Of a stretch of DNA of 64,000 nucleotides, positions 44,311 through 53,762 are shown one piece after another. Both the position numbers and the translations under genes were made by a program. How positions within the stretch are numbered: position 1 is the first letter of the stretch; every line of letters starts with the position of its first letter. The notes beneath the pieces are model-generated. The model had not been told where the DNA came from. It saw only the letters and a program-made list of their open reading frames with translations, and searched no databases. Source of the DNA: Okeania sp. SIO2F5 (GTDB lineage Bacteria; Cyanobacteriota; Cyanobacteriia; Cyanobacteriales; Microcoleaceae); the NCBI RefSeq assembly GCF_010692685.1, contig NZ_JAAHGU010000008.1:105619-169618 (forward strand). Reading direction: 5' to 3'.

Positions 44311-45666
44311 GTGAAAATAGAAGTGATTAAAATATCTGATTTTACAATTCACGAACATCATCTAAATGTTATCTATAGTGCCGATAAATTTCAATTCTCA
44401 ACAAAAGTTTTTTATCAGGATGTATCTTTCTCTGCCTTGCAACAAAAATACTCTCAAGAACTTATCGAAAAAATAGCAAGTTATATTGCTTTATTTGAAG
44501 GGATGAAGTTATGTTCGTTATTTCCGAAATATTACGATATTTCTAGAATAGCTACACATTTAGAAAAACCTGTTTTAGAATTTTTTGTCAAAATTTATCA
44601 AGGGGTATTTGGTCAGCATTGGTATGAAAATAATATTACAGATTATCAGCAACCAGAATTTATTTATGCACAAGATTTAGGAGAGGCTAATCCTGTATCA
44701 ATATTAGGAGATAATCGTACTATTCTGACAGGTTGTGGCGGTGGTAAAGATAGTATTGTTGCTATGAAAATGTTAGAAGAAGCAAATATTCCTTTTGCCT
44801 CTATGCAATATTCTCATAGTATTTATGGAAAAGCAGATTTACAACATAATTTAATTGCTGGAGTAGTAGCAGAGGTGAATCCAGTTAAAAGTCATAAAAT
44901 TTCTATTTTTGATGATTTTGTTGACTTTCCTCTTTTTCAATTATATTTCCCAGAAAATTCAGGAATTATCGCTCCAGAAACTCCAGTATCTGTCTTTGAA
45001 TCATTATTTTTAATGTTGGATAAAGGATACAATTACTTATGTTTAGCTCACGAAAAAAGTGCTAATACGGGAAATATGTTTTGGGAAGAAATAGGCAGAG
45101 AAGTTAACCATCAATGGGGAAAAGGTCTAGAAGCAGAAAAACTTTTAGACCAATTTATTCGGGATAATCTCTTATCTAATTTTAAATACTTTAGTATCCT
45201 ACAACCTATTTACGACCTTCGTATTTTTCAAAACTTGAGTAAATATCCTGAAGTTATTCCGAAAATTCATTCCTGTAATATTAAAAAACCTTGGTGTAAA
45301 AAATGCCCGAAATGTGCCTATGTTTGGTTAGGGTTAATGGCTTTTTGTCAGACAGATATTGTTGATGAAGTTTTTCAGGTAAATTTATTTGATGATGAAG
45401 ATTTACTGCCGATTTTTCAAGCAATGATAGGTTTATCAACCCATACTCCCTTTGAATGTATTGGCGAAATTGATGAAAGTCGTTTGATGATGAAAAAATG
45501 TCTGGAAAAAGGTTTATCTGGTAAAGCATTAAATATGTTTGCTGAAGAAGTTTTATCGGATACTAGAATTGACTGGGAAAAAATAGAATATAAATATAAT
45601 TCTGTGTATGAAAAAGAACACGCAATCCCGGACTGGTTATTTGAAAAGACTAAAGAAAAATTGTAA
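44311..45666 (+). CDS. PP-loop (SGGKDS-type) ATP pyrophosphatase superfamily protein with C-terminal CX6CX2CX2C cluster.
   Basis: ILTGCGGGKDSIVAM PP-motif at about residue 140. Cys cluster SCNIKKPWCKKCPKCAY. Starts 22 nt after the upstream methyltransferase. Confidence 0.5.
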   Translation: MKIEVIKISDFTIHEHHLNVIYSADKFQFSTKVFYQDVSFSALQQKYSQELIEKIASYIALFEGMKLCSLFPKYYDISRIATHLEKPVLEFFVKIYQGVFGQHWYENNITDYQQPEFIYAQDLGEANPVSILGDNRTILTGCGGGKDSIVAMKMLEEANIPFASMQYSHSIYGKADLQHNLIAGVVAEVNPVKSHKISIFDDFVDFPLFQLYFPENSGIIAPETPVSVFESLFLMLDKGYNYLCLAHEKSANTGNMFWEEIGREVNHQWGKGLEAEKLLDQFIRDNLLSNFKYFSILQPIYDLRIFQNLSKYPEVIPKIHSCNIKKPWCKKCPKCAYVWLGLMAFCQTDIVDEVFQVNLFDDEDLLPIFQAMIGLSTHTPFECIGEIDESRLMMKKCLEKGLSGKALNMFAEEVLSDTRIDWEKIEYKYNSVYEKEHAIPDWLFEKTKEKL

Positions 45667-45856
45667 ATTTAATTGAGAGTAGGGAGTAGGGAGTAGGGAG
45701 TAGGGATAGGGTTCGACCGAATAAAATCTCCTCAGTCTTTTCCTATAATCCTTACAAACATTTTATTACTTAATAACTGAAGTCTTGAGGAAATATCGCG
45801 TGATTTTTGGGAATTGATATAATCAGTAATCAAAGGTAGAGGAAAAAATAGAAAAA

Positions 45857-46801
45857 ATGATGATGGATAGTTTACAAAAATCAGTGATCGCTAACTTTAT
45901 CTCAGACCCAAAACTCAAGCTCGTCAAACTTAATGAGCAAGAATATATGGAGGGACTAATTGCTTATCGCAGTCAGCAAAATGAACAAGAAATAATCCTT
46001 GAAGCTACATTTCAGGCCATAGAAAAATATAAGTCTTCAGAAGAAAGTTACACTATTTTGAGTATAGGTTGTGGCAGTGGAATTTTTGAGAAACCTTTTT
46101 TGACAAAGCTGCTTGAGTTGAACAAATCTATTCATTTTGTTGGAGTAGACCCAAACAAAGTAGAATGTGCAAAAACACAAGAATGGTGTCAGGAACTTAG
46201 CAGATTTAAACCAGAGAAATTTAGATTTAAAATTCATCCGGTTAAATTGGAAAAATTTGAATCATCCCAAAGTTTTGACATCATTCTATTAATTTATTCA
46301 TTTTACTATTTTTCAGAAATTGAATCCTCTTTTGAGAAAATTCACGAACTTCTGAGAGAAGAAGGGATAGCAATTATTGTAATAGCCATAAAAACAGAAA
46401 TAAGCGAACCTTATTACTATGTAAATCAGCGACTTGATCAAAGATCAATGCTTTTTAGCGACGATTTACATCAATTATTTTCTGAACACAATATTTCTGT
46501 TCATCAAGAAATTATAGAATCTCCATTGAATATTACAGAATGTTTTCAGAATGATTCTCATTTGGGTAAACATTTACTAGATTTTATAGTTGGTGCTAAT
46601 ACGACATATTTTTCTCCTTCGCAATTACAAGTATTGCTGGATTATTTGAGCAGCAATTCCCAAAAATTGGAGGGGGGAGAAATTATGATTCCAACTTCTG
46701 TAAGCTTTTATTATTTTCAAAAGCAGAAGGAAGAGGGAAGAAGGAAGAAGGAAGAAGGTTTTAGTTATCTAGGAGAGAAGGAAGAAGGAGGAAGGTTTTA
46801 G
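45857..46801 (+). CDS. Class-I SAM-dependent methyltransferase. The 3' end runs into a (GAAGGAA)n STRR.
   Basis: Motif I LSIGCGSGIFEKP. The last ~30 codons (KQKEEGRRKKEEG...) are translated heptamer repeat. Confidence 0.55.
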   Translation: MMMDSLQKSVIANFISDPKLKLVKLNEQEYMEGLIAYRSQQNEQEIILEATFQAIEKYKSSEESYTILSIGCGSGIFEKPFLTKLLELNKSIHFVGVDPNKVECAKTQEWCQELSRFKPEKFRFKIHPVKLEKFESSQSFDIILLIYSFYYFSEIESSFEKIHELLREEGIAIIVIAIKTEISEPYYYVNQRLDQRSMLFSDDLHQLFSEHNISVHQEIIESPLNITECFQNDSHLGKHLLDFIVGANTTYFSPSQLQVLLDYLSSNSQKLEGGEIMIPTSVSFYYFQKQKEEGRRKKEEGFSYLGEKEEGGRF

Positions 46802-47046
46802 TGTAAGCATTCAGCAATTAGCGGTCAGCTTTCAGGAATTAGTAGTTTAAGGATTTGAGTAATATTGAGTCGTGAGCAAGTAGCTAATTTATTTCAGACT
46901 TTTAATTCTATTAAATCTTTCAAATCTGATTTCTCTTTCAAGGGAAATTAAGTTAATATAAGAAAACTTAAAAAACTATAGAAGCCTAAATTATTGTTGT
47001 CGAGCAAGATTTTATAAGTAATTTTCAAGAGAAATGGAGTAAATTT

Positions 47047-47277
47047 ATGTTTGTCAAAGGAATCAAAAAAGGTAAAATTATTGAGTTATTAGAGGAGGTA
47101 GATTTTCCTGATAATCAAGAGGTTTTAGTAGAAATTAAAAAGGTAGGTGATTTTTGGTCAGCTTTACAAGATTTTAGGAAAAGGGTAGATTTAGAAAGTA
47201 TTGATGACGATTCTTTTGAGAATTTACGGGATAAGTCACCGGGGAGAATGGTTCAACAATTAATAATTAATTATTAA
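47047..47277 (+). CDS. DUF104-like (VapB-type) antitoxin homolog, orphan.
   Basis: N-terminus MFVKGIKKGKIIELLEEVDFPDNQEVLVEIKK. C-terminus ...FENLRDKSPGRMVQ, typical of small antitoxins. No toxin ORF follows, and MITE family 3 starts ~17 nt downstream. Confidence 0.45.
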   Translation: MFVKGIKKGKIIELLEEVDFPDNQEVLVEIKKVGDFWSALQDFRKRVDLESIDDDSFENLRDKSPGRMVQQLIINY

Positions 47278-47293
47278 TTATTAATTATTAATT

Positions 47294-47555
47294 ATTAGGG
47301 TTTGCTGATTAAATATCAAATTATTGACTGATATTGGTTTGAGCAATTTTAGCTCTGGAGGGGGTGCAAGGTTTTAGGTGGTAATGGTTCAAAAATTCAG
47401 GATTTTGGTCAAGAGTTGGGCAGAACTATCTTGGGAAAATTCTTACTCCTACCTCCTCGCTCATTCCCATTTCTCCCCTCCACCGGAGGGGTTAGGGGTG
47501 GGTTGTCTCCTGTCTCCTACCTTCACCCATAAGACTTTTTCAGCAAACCTTAATT
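47294..47555. mobile_element. MITE family 3 copy, adjacent to a (TAATTAT)n microsatellite.
   Basis: Terminal inverted repeats tagggtttgctgatt ... tcagcaaaccttaatta. GC-rich palindromic core cccctccaccggagggg. Confidence 0.75.
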
Positions 47556-47641
47556 AACAATTACCTCTCCTTGAAAAGAAGAGGATTGACTAAAAAGAAA
47601 ATATTTTCTTTTTTCACCTTTAAAGGAGAGGAAAATTAAAT

Positions 47642-48943
47642 CTATTCGTTAATTAATCTATGAATTAAACTATGCCAAATTAAACCAACAATAATTAACC
47701 CTAAACCAACTAACCAAATTTGCTGGTCTACCCAAAAAGCTAAAAACAAACAAGCAGCTAAACCGACCCAACCTAACCACTTAGGATAAAGTCTTTCTTC
47801 TGGAGAAAGTTTCAGAGCAGCAAAATTAGTAATAGCATAATAAATCAAAACATTAAAAGCACTAAAAGACCAAGTAGTCTTCACATCACCAATTAAAACC
47901 AAAAAAGCGATCGCTACTCCCACTACTATCACAGCTATATAAGGAGTAGTTTGCTCATTATTCAATCTAGCAAAAACTCTCGGTACATCTCGCCGACGCC
48001 CCATTGCCAACAAAACCCTGGACAAACCCAAAATTAAATTTAACAATACTCCTAACATTGCCGTCACAGCACCAATAGCAATTAACTTCGGAATTACAGG
48101 AACACCTAAACCTCCTACTTTAGCAATAACCTCTAAAGGAGCAGCTAGACTAACATCTGCTTGAGACAATTTATTAATCACTTCCTGACCAACTACCACA
48201 GTTACTACAGCGATCGATATATATAACAGACAGGTAACTATCATAGTTAAAGCGATCGCTCTCGGAATAGTACGTCGTGGTTCCTTAACCTCCTCCCCCA
48301 AAGTTGCAATACGACCGTAACCAGTATAAGCAACAAACATTAAAGCAGCAGCTTGAAGTAAAGATGCTATAGGTTTATCCCCAGGAAAAAAAGGCGTTAA
48401 ATTTTCCCCAGCAGACCATACTACTTGAGGCACCCCTGCCAAGATAAACAAAACCAGAGAAAATAACGTAATCGAAACAATAATAATATTAGTAAAATTA
48501 GAACGACGAATTCCACTTAACACAACTATTGTTAATACAACCACAGCAGTTAAAGCAGTCAACACCAACCAAGTCTGATTATTGATACCAAAAGCATTCA
48601 ACAAATAACCAGCAAAACCCAAAGCAGCAGTAGCAGCAGAAGCACTTTTCGCCAACAGAAACATCCATCCAGCAATAAAACCCAACCAATGATTCAGATA
48701 TTTATAACCATATTCATAAGTACCGCCACTCACAGGATGGTTTGCTGCTAACTGAGCGCTATTAAAACCATTGCAGATAGCAACAACAGCACCTATTGCC
48801 ACCGCAATAATTACCGATGGACCCGCAATACCAGCAGCAATACCAATACTGACAAATACTCCCGTACCCACAATTGAACCTAAACCCATGAGGGTAGCGC
48901 CGAACACACCAATTTCTCGTCGAAGTAAAGGCGGAGATGTCAT
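47642..48943 (-). CDS. APC-family amino acid permease.
   Basis: 12 predicted transmembrane helices. Glycine-rich helix motifs typical of amino acid/polyamine transporters. Confidence 0.75.
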   Translation of the reverse strand: MTSPPLLRREIGVFGATLMGLGSIVGTGVFVSIGIAAGIAGPSVIIAVAIGAVVAICNGFNSAQLAANHPVSGGTYEYGYKYLNHWLGFIAGWMFLLAKSASAATAALGFAGYLLNAFGINNQTWLVLTALTAVVVLTIVVLSGIRRSNFTNIIIVSITLFSLVLFILAGVPQVVWSAGENLTPFFPGDKPIASLLQAAALMFVAYTGYGRIATLGEEVKEPRRTIPRAIALTMIVTCLLYISIAVVTVVVGQEVINKLSQADVSLAAPLEVIAKVGGLGVPVIPKLIAIGAVTAMLGVLLNLILGLSRVLLAMGRRRDVPRVFARLNNEQTTPYIAVIVVGVAIAFLVLIGDVKTTWSFSAFNVLIYYAITNFAALKLSPEERLYPKWLGWVGLAACLFLAFWVDQQIWLVGLGLIIVGLIWHSLIHRLINE

Positions 48944-48959
48944 GAGATTTTTATCCTTA

Positions 48960-49157
48960 GTATAGTAATATGATTTTAGTTGTGAGATATTGGATACTTT
49001 TAGAGAACAGAGAACAGAGAACAGGGAACAGGGAACAGGGAACAGGGAACAGGGAAGAAGAAAAAAATAAAATATATCAATAAGATAACTGCTATATTCC
49101 TTCCTTTAAAGGAACACCTCAATTCTCACATCTGATTCGGTGATTGCTATATTTTTG
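48960..49157. repeat. Second copy of the ~170-bp start-proximal element, here with (AGAACAG/GGAACAG)n in the middle.
   Basis: See 27443-27615. Confidence 0.7.
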
Positions 49158-49369
49158 TTTTTTATATAGCAGAAGGAAAAATCTGGCGTTGTCTGAATTT
49201 TAAGCATTTGATATGTCCGCCCCCTTTGCTTCGATTGCTATAGAATCCTTATGGTATCTTTGCACGGGGTACGGGTTTTTGGCAAAGGAGTCATTTCAGT
49301 AGGGGTTATATCAAATCCTTTCGGGTTCGGTATAAAAAAATGTTCCATCTGAGCGCCATTGCCACATCT

Positions 49370-49555
49370 TTCTCGATATCCCCACCTCTCCATCTCCCCA
49401 TCTCCCCACACTCCCCACACTCCCCACACTCCCCACACTTCCCACCCTCTTTCTTCCTTCTTCCTTCTTCCTTCTTCCTTCTTCCTTCTTCCTTCTTCCT
49501 TCTTCCTTCTTCCTTCTTCCTTCAGACTTCAGACTTCAGACTTCAGACTTCAGAA
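49370..49555. repeat. Compound STRR block: (CCCCACACT)n, (TTCCTTC)12, (AGACTTC)4.
   Basis: Perfect tandem heptamer and nonamer repeats. All ORFs called here are repeat artefacts. Confidence 0.9.
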
Positions 49556-50976
49556 GCATCTCCACCAACAACAACATTCCTAATACGCAAACTCGGACCG
49601 CCACAACCAACAGGTAAACCATCTTGCCCACCCTTACCACAACCCCCTGACTCATCCCAATAAAAATCATCGCCGATCGCCTCAATATCAGCCAAAGTCT
49701 CAAACACATTTCCAGAAAGAGTCACATCCCGCACGGGTTCAGCTAACTTACCATTTCTAATCATCCAAGCTTCTCCAGCACTGAAAGTAAACATTTCCCC
49801 ATTAGTCATTCCACCCAACCAGTTGCGAGCATAAACTCCCTCCTTAATATCAGTAAATAAATCTGAAGTAGGAGTATTTCCTGGTGCTATCCAAGTATTA
49901 GTCATCCTGACTATAGGTGGATAATGATAATCAAGACAACGTGCATTACCCGTAGGTGCTTCTCCCAATTTTCCCGCAGTCTCCCGCGAGTGTAAACGTC
50001 CTACCAAAACACCATCTTGAATCAACTGGGTAGTAGTTGCTGGAGTACCTTCATCATCATATATATAACTACCCCGATGTACTTCTTCTTCTACATTATT
50101 ATTTAGCAAAGGCGACACCTTAGCACCATCAAATATTTGTAAATTTTCAGGACCAAACCTCCGACCAATTGTCATCACTTCCAATAAATCGGGATTTTCA
50201 TAGACCATATCTGCTTCCGAGAGATGACCAAAAGCTTCGTGAACAAATAGACCTGTGAGAATTGGGTCAATAACTACAGTGTAAGTATTACCTTGAACAA
50301 TAGGCAAAGCTAGAGAATTCACAGCTCTTTCCGCAGCACTACGAACATAATTATCTAAATTAGTTAAATCTTCATAAGCTTTGCGGGAACCAGTAGTTTC
50401 CCTACCTGTTTGTACGGTTTCCCCATCCCTGGCGGTGGCAGCAAAACGTATTTCCATATCTACCCAAGATTGTTCTAGCATAGTGCCTTCGGAAGTAGCG
50501 AGAATTACTTTTTGGGTACTATCCCCATAACGAACAGATACGGTGGCAATTCGACCATCAACACTCCGCAATATTTGGCCATAATGTTCGCATAGTTCTT
50601 TTTTGTTGGCCAAAGATATATGGCGTGGATCTGTACCTGTGAGATGAACTGCATGAGTTGCTTGAATTATGGGGATGGGAGCTAGAATTGTTTCTTCTTC
50701 TCCAATCAATTTGGCCACAGCGATCGCTTCTTCTATTCTGTCTTTCAAGGTTGAGAGTTGATTAAAGCTGGCAAAACCCCAACCTCCTCGGTAACAAGCT
50801 CGAACTTGACCACCTATGGAAAGACCTTCGCTTAGGGTTTCTATTTTGTTGCCTCGCAAGAGAATATCTGTTCCTTGAGATTCTTCTAGGCGAATGGCCA
50901 GATAATCCACTTGAGAACTATAATTAGCGAGCAAGTCGGATAACATATTTTTTGCGTCAGTCAGTAATACAGGCAT
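49543..50976 (-). CDS. TldD/PmbA-family metallopeptidase.
   Basis: Conserved TldD/PmbA blocks throughout. The stop codon TGA is supplied by the first unit of the (AGTCTGA)n STRR. Confidence 0.75.
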   Translation of the reverse strand: MPVLLTDAKNMLSDLLANYSSQVDYLAIRLEESQGTDILLRGNKIETLSEGLSIGGQVRACYRGGWGFASFNQLSTLKDRIEEAIAVAKLIGEEETILAPIPIIQATHAVHLTGTDPRHISLANKKELCEHYGQILRSVDGRIATVSVRYGDSTQKVILATSEGTMLEQSWVDMEIRFAATARDGETVQTGRETTGSRKAYEDLTNLDNYVRSAAERAVNSLALPIVQGNTYTVVIDPILTGLFVHEAFGHLSEADMVYENPDLLEVMTIGRRFGPENLQIFDGAKVSPLLNNNVEEEVHRGSYIYDDEGTPATTTQLIQDGVLVGRLHSRETAGKLGEAPTGNARCLDYHYPPIVRMTNTWIAPGNTPTSDLFTDIKEGVYARNWLGGMTNGEMFTFSAGEAWMIRNGKLAEPVRDVTLSGNVFETLADIEAIGDDFYWDESGGCGKGGQDGLPVGCGGPSLRIRNVVVGGDASEV

Positions 50977-51902
50977 TAGAGGTTTTGATAAGTTAAAAAA
51001 GATTGTACAGGTGTTTATAAGTCAAAAGTTACAAGTTAAAAGTCAAAAGTCAAAAGTTACAAGTTACAAGTTACAAGTTACAAGTAATCTCTAACTTACT
51101 TTCAGCATTTAGTATTGTCTGTGCCCTAATTGCGTAGTGCTATATGATATCTATTGCTAAATATAAGGACTAAAAACTTTGACACTAACTATAGCAATCC
51201 TAAATAGGTCGTGACAAATCAAAAAGTAAATAAAAAAACTAAAACTCTTACCTGTTTCCTGTTCCCAGTTAAGTGTTCCCTAAAAAGCAGTAAGATTTTT
51301 GACACGAATAAAATAGGATTGCTATATAGTAATTTAAAATAATTATTTCACATCATCAGAAGCGAAATTATTTGTGAAATCTTTCAACTGAATTGGTATT
51401 AGTTAAAGTTTTTTATCAAGTCAACAATCAAATTATTGACTTTTGTCATAATAAGCGGACATTGCGGTTATTTAGTTCGGTTCTACCAACATCAGTAACG
51501 GATAAATACCGATACCCTAAGTATTAATGATTTACTTATTTTTTGGACAACTAATCGGGGAATGCTTCAATCTATAGCAATTCGCAAAAAGAGTGAGGTA
51601 CAAAATTCCTTGGTTTTAGGCATTAGGGAGTAGGGAGTAGTAATTCTGGTTCTGTAGGGATCGATAAAAAAGAAAAACAACTGTACCTCATTAGCTTGGG
51701 AAAGACTATAACTAAGGAAGAGGAGCAATTTTCCCATTAATTAAATATGATCCAATTTTTTCTTCTTGTGCGGAAAACTTAATACACAAAATTTAAGATA
51801 TAAGACAAGAAAAAAATATTGAAAGTTTTGCATTTTATTTTACTATTTTTTTTAGCAAAGCTAGTTAAAGTTTCTGTAGAAGTTTAAATTTATCTTTTTA
51901 TT

Positions 51903-51984
51903 TTGGGTTTAATACCCCACCGTCAACGGGGGTGTTTACAATTGGTTGGAGGTTGTAGACGCGGAGCGGCTTGTCGAAGACTAT
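51903..51984. mobile_element. MITE family 1 copy.
   Basis: gggtttaataccccaccgtcaacggg...gtcgaagactatcccc. Confidence 0.65.
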
Positions 51985-52058
51985 CCCCATCCATTTTTTC
52001 TTCCTTCTTCCTTCTTCCTTCTTCAACAGTTAATAAATTAAGATTATTTATTTATATT

Positions 52059-53762
52059 ATGAAAAAAATGGACAACTATAACTATATATTACCAACTATA
52101 AGTGACATTTTTGCCCTAGAAATGTCAAGTGATGATTTGCCTAAAAAAACAATGGAACTGGCAAAAGAAAATTCTCCTCCTTCTATGAGACAGAGAAATC
52201 AAAATTTGTATTTAAAGGCTCAAAAGGAATGGTATAGTGCGATCGCTACTGTTAATCAATTATTGGAAAATTCATCAAAAAAGTCTGGTTCTCAAGATTT
52301 TCAAAATCAAGAGATGACAAAAACTATTTATTCATTAAATGAGAGAGATTTTATCGACAATTCAAAAAAATCTACTCCTAATTCGTTATTCTCTGATATC
52401 AAATCATATCGTGGATTAGTATTATCTAGTCCTACTCCTATCTTAACAAATCCTGCTTTAACTAAGAATTTTTATACTTCAGTTTTTACCAGTAAAATAC
52501 AGGAAAATTCAGACTGGTTATCCATTTTTAGAAGACAAAGTTTGCCTCTATTACCAGCAGCAGATAGTATTAATTCCTTATCTACTGTTATACCAATACT
52601 ACCTTTATCAACTAAAGACCCAATAACAAATGAGCAGTTTTGTTTGGTTTTAACTGCTGAGTTTAGTTTAGTTATGGTCTTAGGAAAAAGCATAAATAAT
52701 ACACCAGCTTTTCTATTTTCTTTTGACCCAGAAGTAGTTGAAAGAGCATGGATTATCTTACGTCAACGAATAGTATTACCTACCCATTTTCATTCTCAAA
52801 ATGTCGATAAACATCAAAAAATAATCGATCAATATTCTCAATATTTAGCAATTTTAGACGGTGTTTTTGATAAATTTACACCCCGCGAACCAGACTATAA
52901 AATAGTTATGAAATTTAGTCGTTTATTATTAGATAATTTACCAACTGTAGATAGTAAAAATAAAATATTAGAACTCAATACTGATGACCAAAGTCAAAAA
53001 GACCGGGAAATTACTGTATCGCTAAAATCTCCCATTGAAAATTTCAAATCTCCTGATGTAGAATTGTTACAAGCGATCGCCCATGAAGTCAAAACTCCTT
53101 TAGCCACAATTCAGACTTTAACTCGCCTATTATTAAAACGCCCTCATCTAAATCAAGAAGTAATAAAAAAGCGTTTACAAATGATTGATGCTGAATGTAC
53201 TTCCCAAATAAACCGCTTTAATCTAATTTTTAGAGCGACAGAATTAGAAACTCAGCAACTCTTAAAAGAAAAACATTCATACCTACAATTAACAACTATT
53301 CCTCTAGCTCAAGTCTTTGAAAATAGTATACCTCATTGGCAACAAAAGGCAACTCAAAGAAATCACACTCTAAAAGTTATTTTACCTCCTAATATGCCAA
53401 CGGTTGTTAGTGACCCTGTTATGCTTGACCAAGTATTAGGAAATTTGATTGAAAACTTTTCGCGAAATTTACCTCCTGGCAGTCTTATTCAGGTAGAGGT
53501 AATGTTAGCTGGAAGTCAGTTAAAATTACAGCTTAAATCTGATTCTAATATGGGTGGAAAAAGTCACTCACCTTTTACAAGTTGCACAAAAACACCCTTT
53601 AAATCTATCGGTCCTTTATTAATGTTTCAACCAGAAACAGGTAATCTTAGTTTAAATTTAAAGGTGACTAAAAATCTTTTTCAAGCAATGGGAGGAAAAT
53701 TAGTAGTGCGACAACGACCAACTAAAGGAGAAATAATGACTATTTTCTTACCAGTTCAATAA
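52059..53762 (+). CDS. Histidine kinase with an uncharacterized soluble N-terminal region.
   Basis: H-box IAHEVKTPLATIQ, N-box LDQVLGNLIENFSRN, G-box region. No transmembrane helices and no recognizable sensor domain in the first ~380 aa. Start set to the ATG at 52059. Upstream ORF sequence is MITE/STRR. Confidence 0.65.
   Translation: MKKMDNYNYILPTISDIFALEMSSDDLPKKTMELAKENSPPSMRQRNQNLYLKAQKEWYSAIATVNQLLENSSKKSGSQDFQNQEMTKTIYSLNERDFIDNSKKSTPNSLFSDIKSYRGLVLSSPTPILTNPALTKNFYTSVFTSKIQENSDWLSIFRRQSLPLLPAADSINSLSTVIPILPLSTKDPITNEQFCLVLTAEFSLVMVLGKSINNTPAFLFSFDPEVVERAWIILRQRIVLPTHFHSQNVDKHQKIIDQYSQYLAILDGVFDKFTPREPDYKIVMKFSRLLLDNLPTVDSKNKILELNTDDQSQKDREITVSLKSPIENFKSPDVELLQAIAHEVKTPLATIQTLTRLLLKRPHLNQEVIKKRLQMIDAECTSQINRFNLIFRATELETQQLLKEKHSYLQLTTIPLAQVFENSIPHWQQKATQRNHTLKVILPPNMPTVVSDPVMLDQVLGNLIENFSRNLPPGSLIQVEVMLAGSQLKLQLKSDSNMGGKSHSPFTSCTKTPFKSIGPLLMFQPETGNLSLNLKVTKNLFQAMGGKLVVRQRPTKGEIMTIFLPVQ

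Noticed and set aside
49238-49663. ORFs 49238-49438 (-), 49340-49663 (+) and 49359-49583 (+) with translations like MWGVWGVWGVWG and SPHSPHSPH
   Set aside because: They are direct translations of (CCCCACACT)n, (TTCCTTC)n and (AGACTTC)n STRR tracts.
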